Assembly: GCA_964369715.1 (NCBI GenBank)
Contig: CAYJGV010000003.1
Location: 14,416-71,041 of the forward strand
Length of the DNA stretch: 56,626 bases
Direction: 5' to 3'
Source: an uncultured Bacteroides sp.
GTDB taxonomy: Bacteria > Bacillota > Clostridia > Oscillospirales > Ruminococcaceae
A program made the position numbers and the translations under genes. Shown one piece after another: positions 9,668-18,511 of this stretch; position 1 is the first letter of the stretch, and each line of letters opens with the position of its first letter. The notes beneath the pieces are model-generated. The model worked only from the letters and a program-made list of their open reading frames with translations, made no database searches and had not been told where the DNA came from.

Positions 9668-10819
9668 TTAAATATTATTTAAAACAAACTTTCTTGCCAT
9701 AGCATCACATTCGTAGACATCATTAATAGTGTATGAACCACCAAAATTTTCACTTTGAAGTGTTTTTTCTACCAGCTCACCAATTTTCAAAAAGCTTATT
9801 TTGTCTTGTAAGAATAGTTTTACAGCTTCTTCGTTTGCGCCATTGACAGCACAAGGTGCAAGGCCGCCAATTTCCATAGCAGCTTTACATGCAGGTAAAC
9901 AGCGGAAAACTTCTTCATCTGCTTCATCAAAAGTAATGCTTTTAAGCGTTTTAAAATCAAGTTCCGGTGCACAGCCAATTGTGCGCATCGGCCATGTTAA
10001 TGCATATTGTATAGGTATTCTCATGTCTGGCACGCCCAATTGTGCAAGTATTGATTTATCACTAAATTGCACCATAGAATGTATTATGCTCTGTCTTTGT
10101 ACAATTATTTCGATTTGTTCGTTTTTTAAGCCAAAAAGCCAAGCCGCCTCTATAAATTCAAGCCCTTTATTCATCAATGTGGAAGAATCAATAGTGATTT
10201 TTGCCCCCATTGCCCAGTTTGGGTGTTTTAGGGCGTCTTTCGCCTTTATATTTTCAAGCTCATTTTTGTTTTTGCCAAAGAATGGGCCACCTGAAGCCGT
10301 CAAAAATATTTTTTCAAGTGATTTTGCCGAATTGTCATCTTGCAAACATTGAAAAATTGCTGAATGCTCGCTATCCACAGGTAAAAGCTTTGCGTTATTT
10401 GCAAGTGCAGCATTTGTTACAAGGTAACCGCCGGCAACAAGGCTTTCTTTGTTGGCAAGCGCAACATTTTTGCCGCTTTCAAGTGCAGCCAAAGTGGCAG
10501 GCAAACCGGCAATACCAACAACCGAGTTTAAAACAATATCGTTTTCTTCAAGTTTTGCAAGTTCAACCAGCCCGTTTTTACCTTTAAAAAGCTGTGGCGC
10601 ATTTAAAGTGCCACAAAGTTTATCACATAATTTTTCAAAGGCATTTTCATCGACAACAGCAACATATTTTGGCTTGAATTCATTTATTTGTTTTGTTAAT
10701 AAATCTATATTGCTGTGTGCTGCAAGGCCTATGATATTGTAGTTTTGAGAGCGTACAACATCTAAACTTTGTGTGCCGATAGAGCCTGTGCAACCTAAAA
10801 TTGTAATGTTTTTTTGCAT
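9668..10819 (-). CDS. dxr: 1-deoxy-D-xylulose 5-phosphate reductoisomerase
   Basis: LGCTGSIG, LANKESLV, PVDSEHSAI, HPNWAMGAKITIDS, NKGLE; ATG at 10819 has an AAGGA SD (ORF track starts at 10840). Confidence 0.98.
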   Translation of the reverse strand: MQKNITILGCTGSIGTQSLDVVRSQNYNIIGLAAHSNIDLLTKQINEFKPKYVAVVDENAFEKLCDKLCGTLNAPQLFKGKNGLVELAKLEENDIVLNSVVGIAGLPATLAALESGKNVALANKESLVAGGYLVTNAALANNAKLLPVDSEHSAIFQCLQDDNSAKSLEKIFLTASGGPFFGKNKNELENIKAKDALKHPNWAMGAKITIDSSTLMNKGLEFIEAAWLFGLKNEQIEIIVQRQSIIHSMVQFSDKSILAQLGVPDMRIPIQYALTWPMRTIGCAPELDFKTLKSITFDEADEEVFRCLPACKAAMEIGGLAPCAVNGANEEAVKLFLQDKISFLKIGELVEKTLQSENFGGSYTINDVYECDAMARKFVLNNI

Positions 10820-10836
10820 ATTTTTTCCTTCATTCA

Positions 10837-11700
10837 TCACATTATATTTGTATAAAAAATCACAGAAGAAATCGCCACGAAAGGCATTGTGAAAGTTACG
10901 CTGTCAAATCTGTCCATAATCCCGCCATGTCCCGGAAAAATATTGCCATAATCTTTAACATCGCAAACACGTTTAATTAAAGATGCAAATAAATCGCCGA
11001 TAATACCAAAAATAGCACCAAGCGCACAAATAACAGCAATAGATAAATTGAACCTTAAATTAAAGTCGCTCATAGTAAAAATTAAAATATTTTTGGAAAA
11101 AAGAAGGAAAACATACGTTACAACTTGCCCTAAAATAACACTGCCAATAACACCACCTATAGCACCTTCAACAGTTTTATTTGGGCTTATATTTGGTGAT
11201 AATTTGCGTTTTCCAAACAGCCTGCCGGCAAAATATGCAAAGGAGTCTGCGCCCCAAGCGCAATTTAAGGCTATTAAAATAAAATAAAGTGAAGAGCTAG
11301 TATAATTTACATTATCAAAAAAATATTTCATGTAAATTATTGAAAAAAAGCATATGCATATTAATGTTTTTAATGCTGTAATAAGCATTAGTTTATTAAA
11401 CGATTTTGAAGATATATTTTTCATTATAAAAACAGCTAAAAACACAATAAAGAAATATGTAAGAAGTGTTAAAAATATGCTGTTAATATTATTATATGAA
11501 AGAATTGCAAAGCTTAAAAGCAAGGCAAAAGGAATGAATAAATATATTGAATTTTTTATTTTAGCAGCGCTGAACACCTCCCAAAGTGCCCAAATGCCGA
11601 AAATAAGTACTATTACATCAAAAATCACAGTAAAAAAAGATGATAGTGCAATAGCTAAGATTATCAGCAATACAATCGCTGTTAAAAGACGTGTTTTCAT
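10837..11700 (-). CDS. cdsA: Phosphatidate cytidylyltransferase
   Basis: DSFAYFAG, ISPNKTVEG, GDLFASLIKR..VKDYG..PGHGGIMDRFDS. Confidence 0.97.
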   Translation of the reverse strand: MKTRLLTAIVLLIILAIALSSFFTVIFDVIVLIFGIWALWEVFSAAKIKNSIYLFIPFALLLSFAILSYNNINSIFLTLLTYFFIVFLAVFIMKNISSKSFNKLMLITALKTLICICFFSIIYMKYFFDNVNYTSSSLYFILIALNCAWGADSFAYFAGRLFGKRKLSPNISPNKTVEGAIGGVIGSVILGQVVTYVFLLFSKNILIFTMSDFNLRFNLSIAVICALGAIFGIIGDLFASLIKRVCDVKDYGNIFPGHGGIMDRFDSVTFTMPFVAISSVIFYTNIM

Positions 11701-11767
11701 TAAATGCTCCGTTCCATTGCAAATAATAATCGTTTAAGTTATTTGCAATTTAAATTAAACTAAAAAA

Positions 11768-12475
11768 CTAAAGACCGCCAAAACGCCTTGAGCGTGTGTT
11801 AAATTCTGCTATGGCTTTGTCTAAATCATCACGTGTGAAATCGGGCCAAAGTACATCCATATCTACAAATTCTGCATAGGAAGATTGCCACAACATAAAG
11901 TTTGAAAGCCTGTGCTCGCCACTTGGGCGCAAAATAAAATCAGGGTCTTTTTGACCTTTTGTGTAAAGGTTATCGCTAATCATTTGAAGGTCTATGTCTT
12001 TTGGTTCAAGCTCATTGTCTTTTACTTTTTGTGCCAAAATTTGCACGGCCCTTAAAATTTCTTGTCTGCCACCGTAATTGATGGCAATATTTAAAATAGT
12101 ACCTGTGTTTTTTAAAGTTTTTTGCTCTATGTCATTCATCATGTCTTGATGTTTTTCACTTAAAGCATCTCTATCACCTAAAAAAACAACCCTGTTATTT
12201 TCTTTTTCGTAATCATATGCCATTACAAGATATTCGCCAAAAAGGCGCATTATGCTATTAACTTCTTCTATGGGTCTTGTCCAATTTTCAGTAGAAAAAG
12301 CGTAAAAGGTGACAGAGGCTATACCAAGCTCGTTGCAATATTTTATTATGTCTTTAAAAACATCTGCACCTTTTTTGTGTCCGGCTGTGCGTGGAAGCCC
12401 TCTTTTTTTTGCCCATCTTCCGTTGCCGTCCATTATTATACCAAGGCTTAAACCTTGGGCAAATTCTTTTTGCAT
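11768..12475 (-). CDS. uppS: Undecaprenyl diphosphate synthase
   Basis: IIMDGNGRWA, YAFSTENW, NYGGR, SGEHRLSNFMLWQ, RRFGG. Confidence 0.97.
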   Translation of the reverse strand: MQKEFAQGLSLGIIMDGNGRWAKKRGLPRTAGHKKGADVFKDIIKYCNELGIASVTFYAFSTENWTRPIEEVNSIMRLFGEYLVMAYDYEKENNRVVFLGDRDALSEKHQDMMNDIEQKTLKNTGTILNIAINYGGRQEILRAVQILAQKVKDNELEPKDIDLQMISDNLYTKGQKDPDFILRPSGEHRLSNFMLWQSSYAEFVDMDVLWPDFTRDDLDKAIAEFNTRSRRFGGL

Positions 12476-12594
12476 TATATGCTCCGTTTCTAATATTCAA
12501 GCAGTTTTATTTGCTTAGAATCACTTTAAATTATACCGTTTTTTTATTATTCCAAATATAAACTAATATTATTTTAATTGCAATTATATTATAT

Positions 12595-12624
12595 AAAAAA
12601 ACCGCGCACATATTTTGCACGCGG
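12595..12624 (-). terminator. Probable intrinsic terminator downstream of frr
   Basis: CCGCG...CGCGG stem followed by a T-run on the minus strand. Confidence 0.5.
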
Positions 12625-12744
12625 CATGAATATATAACGTATAATCGTATGTTTTAATTTGCTTTCATCATCGATAAGTAATAGATGATTTATAAAAAAA
12701 TATGCTATATTAGTGCATTATAAGAATATAAAAAGTGTAGTTCA

Positions 12745-13299
12745 TCAAATTTCCATAACTTCTTTTTTCTTTGCCTCGCAAATACTATCAATTTCTTTTA
12801 CAAATTTGTCAGTGATTTTTTGCATTTCTACTTCAAGCTCTTTCAAATCGTCCTCTGTAATTTCAGAAGATTTTTTAAGTGCTTTAAATTTTTCAATTGC
12901 ATCTCTGCGAACATTACGAAGGGAAACCTTGCTTTCTTCGCCGTGTTTTAAAACATCTTTAACAATTTGTTTGCGGCGTTCTTCTGTTGGGGAAGGGAAT
13001 ACAAGGCGCATAACTCTGCCATCATTTGTTGGAGTTATGCCAACATCAGAAGCGTAAATAGCTTTTTCAATAGCACCCATTAATGTGGCGTCCCATGGGC
13101 TTATAGTTAAAACCCTTGCTTCTGCAACGCTGACAGCGGCTACTTGTTGAATAGGTGTTTCAACACCGTAATAATCCACCGACACTTTGTCTAAAATAGA
13201 AGGGTTTGCCCTACCTGCACGAATAGAGGCAAGCTCTTTGTTTAAATGTGTTATGACTCCGTCCATTTTGTCTTGATATTTCTTTGTCTCTGTACTCAT
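12745..13299 (-). CDS. frr: Ribosome recycling factor
   Basis: IRAGRANP, VDYYG, PTEERRK, RNVRRDA; AGGAGG SD. Confidence 0.98.
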   Translation of the reverse strand: MSTETKKYQDKMDGVITHLNKELASIRAGRANPSILDKVSVDYYGVETPIQQVAAVSVAEARVLTISPWDATLMGAIEKAIYASDVGITPTNDGRVMRLVFPSPTEERRKQIVKDVLKHGEESKVSLRNVRRDAIEKFKALKKSSEITEDDLKELEVEMQKITDKFVKEIDSICEAKKKEVMEI

Positions 13300-13317
13300 A
13301 AAGATATCCTCCTATAT

Positions 13318-14025
13318 TTATTCGCACACAAGTGTGCCTATATTTTCGCCATTAATCGCTTTAGAAATGTTTTCAGGGTCATCTAAACTGAAAACTAAAA
13401 TTGGAACATTATTGTCGCGACACATTGTTGCGGCAGTGCTGTCCATAACCATTAAGTTATCAATTAGCAATTTGCTGAAGCTGAGAGTATCATATTTAAC
13501 TGCATCATCATGTTTTTTAGGGTCTTTATCATAAACACCGTCAACCAAAGTTGCTTTTAAAATGATATCTGCATTTATTTCAGCTGCCCTTAAGGCTGCA
13601 GCTGTGTCTGTTGAAAAATAAGGGTTGCCTGTGCCACATGCCAAAATTACAACTCTGCCTTTTTCCATATGCCTTATGGCTCTGTTGCGAATATAAGGCT
13701 CTGCAATTTGTTGCATTGATAAAGCCGTTTGAACCCTAACTTCAACACCCAAATTTTCAAGGGCGTCTGCCACAGCTAATGAGTTCATTACTGTTGCAAG
13801 CATACCAATTTGGTCTGCCCTTATGCGTTCCATATTTCCGCTGGAACGTCCACGCCAAAAGTTGCCACCACCGACAACAATTGCTATTTGTGCGCCTGTG
13901 GCGCTTGCGTTTTTAATACCTGTGCAAATTGTGTTAATTGCAGTTTCACACAGTCCAAAACCTTTATCACCCGCAAGGGCTTCTCCGCTAAGTTTAAGCA
14001 AAAGTCGCTTGTACTTTACAGCCAT
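13318..14025 (-). CDS. pyrH: UMP kinase
   Basis: [41 protein letters not shown]. Confidence 0.98.
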   Translation of the reverse strand: MAVKYKRLLLKLSGEALAGDKGFGLCETAINTICTGIKNASATGAQIAIVVGGGNFWRGRSSGNMERIRADQIGMLATVMNSLAVADALENLGVEVRVQTALSMQQIAEPYIRNRAIRHMEKGRVVILACGTGNPYFSTDTAAALRAAEINADIILKATLVDGVYDKDPKKHDDAVKYDTLSFSKLLIDNLMVMDSTAATMCRDNNVPILVFSLDDPENISKAINGENIGTLVCE

Positions 14026-14126
14026 AAATTACACCTTCCAATACAATATATACTACTTTAAATAGTTTACTATATTTTTGGTGTAAAGTAAAGCCTAAAA
14101 GCAAAGCGACTTGTTAAAATTTACAA

Positions 14127-14966
14127 TTAGTCTATAGTTGAAAGTTCGTGTTTCAATAGAATGTCATATTTTTCATCAAATGGAATTTCTGTTTCACTTT
14201 TTAATGTGACAACACGTGTTTCGTCTGTCTGCCATGGCAAAGTTATGGTAAATACAGTTTGCTCGTGAGGTGTGCTATTAGCCTTAATTGTACCACCATG
14301 TAAAGTTATAAGCGATTTCGCAATAAAAAGCCCAAGTCCCGCCATGTTTTTTGTAAGGCTTCCTATTGAAGTATCTTTATAAAATTTATTAAAAATATAA
14401 GGCATAATTTCAGGTTTAATACCAATGCCATTATCTTTTACTTCTATTTCAAAATCTTTACCGCGAGAAGAAAGTGTAATTATTATGCTTCCGTTTACAC
14501 TTGGCAAATGATTAATTGAATTTGTAATTAAGTTTAAAATTACTCTTTCAAGCGCCATTTCATCGACACATGCAATAAATGGTTCGCTGACATTTAAGAT
14601 TAAATGGGCGTTTGCATTTTTTAAACGTAAAATTTCTTTAATTGCATGTAAATTACTTTTTAAAAGTTCACTTACATTGCATGGACTAATATAAATTTTT
14701 GTATCGTCACGCAAAAATGCATCGGCATCTAAAATGTTGTTGGAAATTCGTATAGCCCTGTAGATATTATTTTTAACTATTGCTGAAACAGCGTTGTATT
14801 TTTCTCTTACTTCTTTTGGAGTGTCCTCAAACTCTTGTGCAATTAAATTTAAAGAGTTTAAACTGACAAGTGCATAAGAAAGTGGGTCGTTGATATCGTG
14901 TGCTAATATTGCAAGTTCACTTAGATTGTCTGTAAGCGATGTAGAATTTGAATTGCTATCGTGCAT
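14127..14966 (-). CDS. Soluble histidine kinase (HisKA + HATPase_c) with no sensor or TM domain
   Basis: H box LAHDINDPL, N box LNLITNS, G1 DNGIGI, F box IFNKFY, G2 AGLGL; only about 20 aa precede the H box; GAGAGGA SD. Confidence 0.85.
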   Translation of the reverse strand: MHDSNSNSTSLTDNLSELAILAHDINDPLSYALVSLNSLNLIAQEFEDTPKEVREKYNAVSAIVKNNIYRAIRISNNILDADAFLRDDTKIYISPCNVSELLKSNLHAIKEILRLKNANAHLILNVSEPFIACVDEMALERVILNLITNSINHLPSVNGSIIITLSSRGKDFEIEVKDNGIGIKPEIMPYIFNKFYKDTSIGSLTKNMAGLGLFIAKSLITLHGGTIKANSTPHEQTVFTITLPWQTDETRVVTLKSETEIPFDEKYDILLKHELSTID

Positions 14967-14992
14967 TCGGTATTCCTCTCATTGTCCAAATT

Positions 14993-15051
14993 TGCCGAAA
15001 AACTTCGACATTATAATAAAAAAATAAAAAATTAGGCTATTTTATGCCGAA
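14993..15051. promoter_or_regulatory. Three Spo0A-box (TGNCGAA) matches upstream of the kinase gene
   Basis: TGCCGAA 14993-14999 (+), TGTCGAA 15004-15010 (-), TGCCGAA 15045-15051 (+); minus-strand TATAAT at 15010-15015. Confidence 0.55.
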
Positions 15052-15860
15052 AATGATAAAATGTTTTGCTCAATATCGAAGACAAGCAAAGAGAAAAACC
15101 TGCTGTTAGAAAAATTGAAAGTGTTGTCTAAACTTGCAAGCTTCAAAACATCATTAAGTGCAGGAGTGTTGCTTTTAAGAGCAACTTTCATCGCAGAATT
15201 AATCGCGTTTTCAACACAACGAGAATCGCTGTCATATTGCTTTGCAATGCTTTCATATATTTTTGAAAGTGTCGGATTTGTGCGCTTTAAAGTGATAAGT
15301 GCGCAAATTAAATGAACCGAATAATTATAGCCAAGCAAATTTGTTGGTATGCCATATTCTAATACTTTTTTTGAAACAAGTCTTTGTAAAAGCAAACAGG
15401 CGAATAATTCATCATTACTGTCTTTCTCTGCGTTTAAATTTTCTGAATATAAATTACTTAAATTATTACGATAAATCGGGCTTAGCATAATATATTGTAA
15501 TCTATTAGCAAGGTCGGTAATGCTTTGAGGTTTTGGCATAAAATAATCGGCACCACCATCTAGCATTGCACTTGCTATTTTGCTGTGAGAACCTGCAGTT
15601 ATGGCTAAAATTTTAGGGCGTTTTTTTAAGTTTAAAGTATTTATCTCGTTTAAAACCCATAATCCATCAACAAGGGGCATAATTGAATCTAATACAATTA
15701 TATCGTAATTGTTGCATTTAATTTTTTCAATGGCCTCCACACCGTCATGTGCAATATCACAACTAAAAATTTCAGATGTTTTAGGCAACTCTTGTGCACA
15801 TAAAAAGCAAAACCCTATGTCATCATCAACAATTAAAATATTAATTACTTTTGCGTTCAA
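15042..15860 (-). CDS. Spo0A-like response regulator (divergent paralogue)
   Basis: Receiver IVDDD, VLDSIMPLVDG, GADYFMPKP; Spo0A_C-like GIPTNLLGYNY, IYESIAKQY...VENAI, SNSRFFS; TTG start with GGAGG SD. Confidence 0.8.
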   Translation of the reverse strand: MNAKVINILIVDDDIGFCFLCAQELPKTSEIFSCDIAHDGVEAIEKIKCNNYDIIVLDSIMPLVDGLWVLNEINTLNLKKRPKILAITAGSHSKIASAMLDGGADYFMPKPQSITDLANRLQYIMLSPIYRNNLSNLYSENLNAEKDSNDELFACLLLQRLVSKKVLEYGIPTNLLGYNYSVHLICALITLKRTNPTLSKIYESIAKQYDSDSRCVENAINSAMKVALKSNTPALNDVLKLASLDNTFNFSNSRFFSLLVFDIEQNILSFSA

Positions 15861-15936
15861 AAAAATTCCTCCAAGAAACTATTAAATTTAATTTTATTTA
15901 TGTTTATTCAAACATTAATATGATGTTTTAGGATAA

Positions 15937-16212
15937 TCAAAAACCAAAATCATCTAAAACATCAAAAAGGTGAACGGGAGCAACACAGTTTTCATATAAT
16001 AATTGTAACATATAATTTGCTGTTTCGCTATCACATTTTATTTTTTTATTAAATTCAGATATAATTTCTCCCTCTTTTCTTTCAAAAATGCAAATATTAT
16101 ATGAATTATTGATTTTTTTAGACGACCTAATTGAATAAAGATATGTTGTTTCGTTAATTGTACTGTCAGTCAATTGAATCGTTTGTTCATAAATTCTGTG
16201 TGTATTAACCAT
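15937..16212 (-). CDS. Small hypothetical protein, resembles DUF6514 family
   Basis: GAGG SD; C-terminal LLYENCVAPVHLFDVLDDF pattern recalled from this clostridial family. Confidence 0.6.
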   Translation of the reverse strand: MVNTHRIYEQTIQLTDSTINETTYLYSIRSSKKINNSYNICIFERKEGEIISEFNKKIKCDSETANYMLQLLYENCVAPVHLFDVLDDFGF

Positions 16213-16485
16213 AATTATCCTCTATTCTATTACATATATTAATATGTATAGTGTAGAGCAATATAAACAAAATCACAATACAACAAATACCATAAAAACC
16301 CAAATTTTCCCCATTTAACATAAAATTTACAAATTTTTGGTATAAATTAAATGAAATATTTAGTAAAATACTTAAAATAATTGTGCAAAATTGCATGGGT
16401 GTTGTAAAGATGTTAATAATTAGTTAATAAATTTTGTGAAATCTCACAAAAGTGTTTTTTAAGCATATTTTATAAAAATAAGTAA

Positions 16486-16515
16486 AAAAATGCCTGTTTT
16501 ATAAAAACAGGCATT
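16486..16515 (-). terminator. Intrinsic terminator of thiT
   Basis: AATGCCTGTTTT/AAAACAGGCATT inverted repeat followed by a T-run on the minus strand. Confidence 0.8.
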
Positions 16516-16537
16516 GATATTAAAAAGATACTATATC

Positions 16538-17116
16538 TTAATTTTCACTTTGTGCAAATAAAGTAGGCACAAATTTGTAAATTGCCAATGCAGCAATTGT
16601 TGTTAATATAAGTTCAGGCAACATATAAGAGCCATTGTAAATTAAACTGTATACAGCAGCATCGCTTAGTTCTACTGCATTTGTAAAGCTTGACCAGATG
16701 ATAGTTCCACTTAAAAAACTGCAAATAAAGCGTAAAAAACAAACAATTGCAGTTCCAAAGCAAACGCCAATTAATTTATTTTTAAAAAAGTGTGCAAAAT
16801 AACCGGCAAGGCCTAAGACAGCAAAAGCCAACACATAATCAAGTAAAATCATGCCTATAAAAGCGATTATTGTTCCCGATGGAGGCGCATATAAGCCGCC
16901 TAGAAGCATTTGTAATAGGCTGTTAGCAAAGCCGGCAAGTATACCCCATTTAAAGCCGTGCCTAAAAGAAACAAGCACAAAGGGGAGCATTGAAAATAGT
17001 GTTACACTTCCGCCATAAGGCATATCAATAATTTTAATTTGTGCAAGAATTGTGCCAAGCGCAACCATAAGCGCACATTCAACCATAGCTCTTGTTTTTG
17101 TAATAGTTTTTGTCAT
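16538..17116 (-). CDS. thiT: ECF-type thiamine transporter S component
   Basis: MPYGGSVT, LLDYVLAF, LRFICSFLSG, YSLIYNGSYM; TPP riboswitch upstream; ATG at 17116 with GGAGGA SD. Confidence 0.93.
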   Translation of the reverse strand: MTKTITKTRAMVECALMVALGTILAQIKIIDMPYGGSVTLFSMLPFVLVSFRHGFKWGILAGFANSLLQMLLGGLYAPPSGTIIAFIGMILLDYVLAFAVLGLAGYFAHFFKNKLIGVCFGTAIVCFLRFICSFLSGTIIWSSFTNAVELSDAAVYSLIYNGSYMLPELILTTIAALAIYKFVPTLFAQSEN

Positions 17117-17144
17117 AATATCCTCCAAAAATATGTAATTAAAC

Positions 17145-17171
17145 AAAAAACGCCTGCATTAATGCAGGCGT
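17145..17171 (-). terminator. Riboswitch-controlled attenuator terminator in thiT leader
   Basis: CGCCTGCATTAATGCAGGCG followed by TTTTTT; its 5' flank TTTTACGCC can pair with aptamer 3' end GGCGTAGGA (antiterminator). Confidence 0.85.
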
Positions 17172-17219
17172 AAAATTTACTATGGCGAAACAGCACAAAA
17201 ATACTGTATGCGCATAAAA

Positions 17220-17304
17220 AACTTCCTACGCCGGCATTATCCGGATCAGGTAAAAGGGATAATAAACAAAAAGTTTAAATCTCAGCCTTACAGCACCCCT
17301 GTTT
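17220..17304 (-). ncRNA. TPP riboswitch aptamer
   Basis: Minus strand GGGGTGC...GGCTGAGA...CCCT..ACCTGATCCGGATAATGCCGGCGTAGGAA matches the TPP consensus. Confidence 0.95.
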
Positions 17305-17318
17305 TTATGTCTTATACT

Positions 17319-17346
17319 ATTTTAACATATATAAAAAAATTGTCAA
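17319..17346 (-). promoter_or_regulatory. Sigma-A promoter of thiT leader
   Basis: TTGACA-N16-TAAAAT with extended -10 TG. Confidence 0.7.
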
Positions 17347-17467
17347 TATAAATAAAAGTATATAAATTAATAATATGAAAACGATGTATTTAACTATATA
17401 AATGATACCCCGGTGCAGAGGTTATGTTATTAACGTAAACTGAAAATAGGGTACACGTCAATTTAAA

Positions 17468-18220
17468 TTATTTATTTTCATTTGCCTTCAAATTGGTTTT
17501 TATAATTATGCCAATTTTTTCAGGTAGTTCTTTAATTTCATCTTTAGTTAAATTTTTAGTTTCAATTGCTGGCAAAATTTTAACATGAATAGTGCCGGGT
17601 GTCATTAAATTATAATTGTTCTCCATAATGTCTCTGCTGTTGCTGATTGCTATAGGAACAATTGGTGCCTTTGTTTTGGCGGCTATTCTGAAAGCGCCTG
17701 CTTTAAATTCACCAATTTCGCCCTCTTTGCCTTTAAAGCGTGTGCCTTCAGGGAAAATCGCCATCGAATAGCCCGATTTTACCACATCAATAGCTTCGTT
17801 TAAAGCTTGCATACTTTTGCGTGGGTCTTTTCTATCCACAAAAACACAATGAAGCATAAGCATCCACTTGCGAACAAATGGCAATTTATTTACTTCAATT
17901 TTACTTAAAAGTGCAATAGGTTTATCTTGTATTTGTGTAAGAATAATTGGAATATCGTATTGACTGCGATGATTTGCAACAAAAACACATGCTACATCTT
18001 TTGGTATGTTTTCCTTGCCTTCAACAATAACTTTTGCGCCTGCAATTTTTAATAAAGTGTTTATCCAACGATCAACATGGTGCGCAGCAAGTGTATCACT
18101 GGTTTTTAAATCGCCTTGCTCTAATGCTTTTAAGCCTTTTTGTTGTTTGGGATAAATGATAATTAGATATCCAAAAAAATAAGCAAACCATATAATTGTG
18201 CGAAAAAAATTTAAAATCAT
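17468..18220 (-). CDS. plsC: 1-acyl-sn-glycerol-3-phosphate acyltransferase family protein
   Basis: NHRSQYD (HxxxxD), FVDR, FPEGTR, PIVPI. Confidence 0.88.
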   Translation of the reverse strand: MILNFFRTIIWFAYFFGYLIIIYPKQQKGLKALEQGDLKTSDTLAAHHVDRWINTLLKIAGAKVIVEGKENIPKDVACVFVANHRSQYDIPIILTQIQDKPIALLSKIEVNKLPFVRKWMLMLHCVFVDRKDPRKSMQALNEAIDVVKSGYSMAIFPEGTRFKGKEGEIGEFKAGAFRIAAKTKAPIVPIAISNSRDIMENNYNLMTPGTIHVKILPAIETKNLTKDEIKELPEKIGIIIKTNLKANENK

Positions 18221-18511
18221 AATATTAATTTAACCTCTATTTTATAAAATATGTGCATTTACATAATGCGACAAAAAATGACATATATTTATTTTAATGC
18301 ATTTTTATAGAACATGCAATATTTTATCTTTATAATATTTTGTAAAATATTATAAAAATTTATCGAAAATAAAATATAATATTTACAAAATGTCGAAATT
18401 ACTATTATATTCTATAAAAATTTATTTTTTTATGGTAAAATAAAAATAAATAAATATATTTGTTTTTAAGTATATTTGAAATAAATAAAATGTAAATTTA
18501 TGGAGATTAAT

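Noticed and set aside
16205..16396. 63-aa ORF upstream of the DUF6514-like gene
   Set aside because: No convincing SD, AT-rich composition, overlaps the likely promoter
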